From: Thermoanaerobaculia bacterium
Lineage (GTDB): Bacteria > Acidobacteriota > Thermoanaerobaculia > UBA5066
Direction of reading: 5' to 3'
NCBI GenBank assembly: GCA_048500275.1
Contig: JASNYI010000003.1
Span: 869,516-933,515, forward strand
DNA: 64,000 nucleotides
In this document: piece after piece, positions 62,797 through 64,000 of the stretch
Numbering within the stretch: the first letter of the stretch is position 1
Layout: each line of letters begins with the position of its first letter
Made by a program: the position numbers and the translations under genes
Notes under the pieces: model-generated
The model's input: the letters and a program-made list of their open reading frames with translations, nothing else
Told to the model about the DNA's origin: nothing
Databases searched by the model: none

Positions 62797-63896
62797 CGCA
62801 GCTTCAGGGTCGCGAGGGCCGCGAGCGCGAGGAGACCGGAGACGATCCAGAGCCTCACGACGACCTTCGTCTCGGCGAGTCCGTTGTAGGCCATGGCGTG
62901 GTGGAGCGGCGCGCGGGAGAAGATCCGCCGCCCGAGCAGCTTGATGCCGACCTTGTCCTGCACCTGCGAGGTGAAGGCCTCGGCGACGAACAGGCCGCCC
63001 AGGATGACGAAGAGGAGCTCCTGCTTCAGGAGGACCGACGCCACCGCGAGGCTCCCGCCGATGGAGAGGGAGCCGGTGTCGCCCATGAAGATCTGCGCCG
63101 GGTAGGCGTTGAACCAGAGGAACCCGACGCCGGCCCCCGCGAAAGCCGTGGCGAAGACGGCGAGCTCGCCCGCCCCCGGCAGGAACGGGTAGACGAGGTA
63201 CTTCGACCAGATCGCGTTCCCGAGGAGATACCCGAAGACTCCGAGGACGGAGATCGCGAAGATCGACGGCACGATGGCGAGCCCGTCCATGCCGTCGGTG
63301 ATGTTGACCGAGTTGCCGACGAGGAGGACGAAGAGGAAGACGAAGGGGAAGTAGAGCCACCCGCTGTCGAGGACGGCCGTCTTGAGGAACGGCACGTGGA
63401 GGCGCGCAGCCTCCGCCGCCGGGAGCGGCGTGAACGGGCTCGCGAGGACCGCCACGAGGAGCGCCGCGAAGGCTCCCTGCAGGAGGAGCTTCCTCGGCTC
63501 GGACATCCCCCTGTCGCCCGATCTCGCCCGCATCTTCGCGCGGTCGTCGACGAATCCGATCGCCCCGAACCAGAGCATCCCGAGGAGGACGAGGAGGGCG
63601 TAGCCGCTCGCGAGGTTGCACCAGAGGAGGCACGAGAGAGCCACGACGCCGACGAGGACGACGCCCCCCATGACGGGCGTGCCCGCCTTGTCGAAGGCCG
63701 AGGGGATCCCGGTCTCGCGAACCTGGTCGACGAAGTCGCGGCGCTGGAGCCACCAGATGACCTTCGGCATGACCCAGAGCGTCAGGAGGACCGCGGTGAG
63801 CGCCGCGCCGATGGAGCGGGTCGAGATGTACTCCGTGAGGCGCAGGAACGAGAGGTCGGGGTGCGATGCGAGGAGCTTCCCGAGCCAGTAGATCAC
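62793..63896 (-). CDS. mraY: Phospho-N-acetylmuramoyl-pentapeptide transferase MraY.
   Basis: Track ORF of 367 aa. Motifs present: …NSVNITDGMDGLA…, FMGDTGSL and HHH (…PLHHAMA…). GTG start at 63896. Confidence 0.9.
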   Translation of the reverse strand: MIYWLGKLLASHPDLSFLRLTEYISTRSIGAALTAVLLTLWVMPKVIWWLQRRDFVDQVRETGIPSAFDKAGTPVMGGVVLVGVVALSCLLWCNLASGYALLVLLGMLWFGAIGFVDDRAKMRARSGDRGMSEPRKLLLQGAFAALLVAVLASPFTPLPAAEAARLHVPFLKTAVLDSGWLYFPFVFLFVLLVGNSVNITDGMDGLAIVPSIFAISVLGVFGYLLGNAIWSKYLVYPFLPGAGELAVFATAFAGAGVGFLWFNAYPAQIFMGDTGSLSIGGSLAVASVLLKQELLFVILGGLFVAEAFTSQVQDKVGIKLLGRRIFSRAPLHHAMAYNGLAETKVVVRLWIVSGLLALAALATLKLR

Positions 63897-64000
63897 CGGT
63901 GCGCCTCCTTACCGCGCGAGAGCGCCTCGAGGACGCGGCGGTACGAGAGCTTCATCTCGAACTGGGGCCTGAAGTCGGTGGAGGTGAGGAGGAAAGCGGG
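63893..64000 (-). CDS. Probable murF (UDP-MurNAc-pentapeptide synthetase) C-terminal end, partial. The gene runs off the window.
   Basis: A minus-strand reading frame ends …FEMKLSYRRVLEALSRGKEAHR with TGA at 63895-63893, overlapping the mraY GTG (GTGA). Only 36 codons are visible. The murF identity is inferred from dcw gene order, not from motifs. Confidence 0.3.
   Translation of the reverse strand, partial: PAFLLTSTDFRPQFEMKLSYRRVLEALSRGKEAHR

Noticed and set aside
1-64000. I searched for CRISPR arrays, tRNA/rRNA genes, integrases/transposases and prophage genes.
   Set aside because: I saw no spacer-repeat arrays, no cloverleaf-like conserved tRNA motifs in the (short) intergenic regions, and no recombinase or transposase motifs in any frame. 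The only repeats are short intergenic palindromes and direct repeats and one intragenic tandem repeat.

Overview
This 64 kb window is a high-GC (about 70%) bacterial chromosomal segment with dense coding on both strands. I call about 46 protein-coding genes.

Gene content suggests a Gram-negative soil-type bacterium, possibly Acidobacteria-like. Supporting genes include a DUF1800/DUF1501 pair, an exosortase-like protein, YfhO, a TonB-dependent receptor and many secreted proteins.

Recognisable housekeeping and transport genes are:
- smc, mraY, murJ and a partial murF
- rnhA
- a fused ccsBA
- dCMP deaminase
- a TetR-MFP-RND-OMF efflux locus
- a P-type cation ATPase
- a KS/CLF/thioesterase trio
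- a fused HcnAB-like plus SoxB-like FAD dehydrogenase pair
- an EamA transporter and a SAM methyltransferase
- several regulators: two LuxR-type, a REC-PilZ protein, a histidine kinase, and an FHA/NtrC-family AAA+ regulator

I found no rRNA, tRNA, CRISPR array, integrase or transposase.

Many long ORFs in the six-frame track are antisense artefacts of GC-rich coding DNA. They are Arg/Glu/Asp/Gly-rich and were discarded. Real genes were recognised by protein motifs, signal peptides and ribosome-binding sites. Coordinates derived by hand may be off by 1-3 nt.

The most notable observations are:
- an RND permease and a TolC-like outer-membrane factor that form one uninterrupted 1480-codon frame
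- a tightly coupled three-gene operon of secreted or membrane proteins (2TM coiled-coil protein, 1082-aa protein, VWA protein)
- a short exosortase-like gene with a membrane partner, embedded among regulators
- a 32-bp-stem perfect palindromic element with a half-copy 1.8 kb away, next to a 16-bp tandem duplication
- a homopolymer frameshift in a beta-propeller gene
- a C-terminal domain shared by two otherwise unrelated secreted proteins
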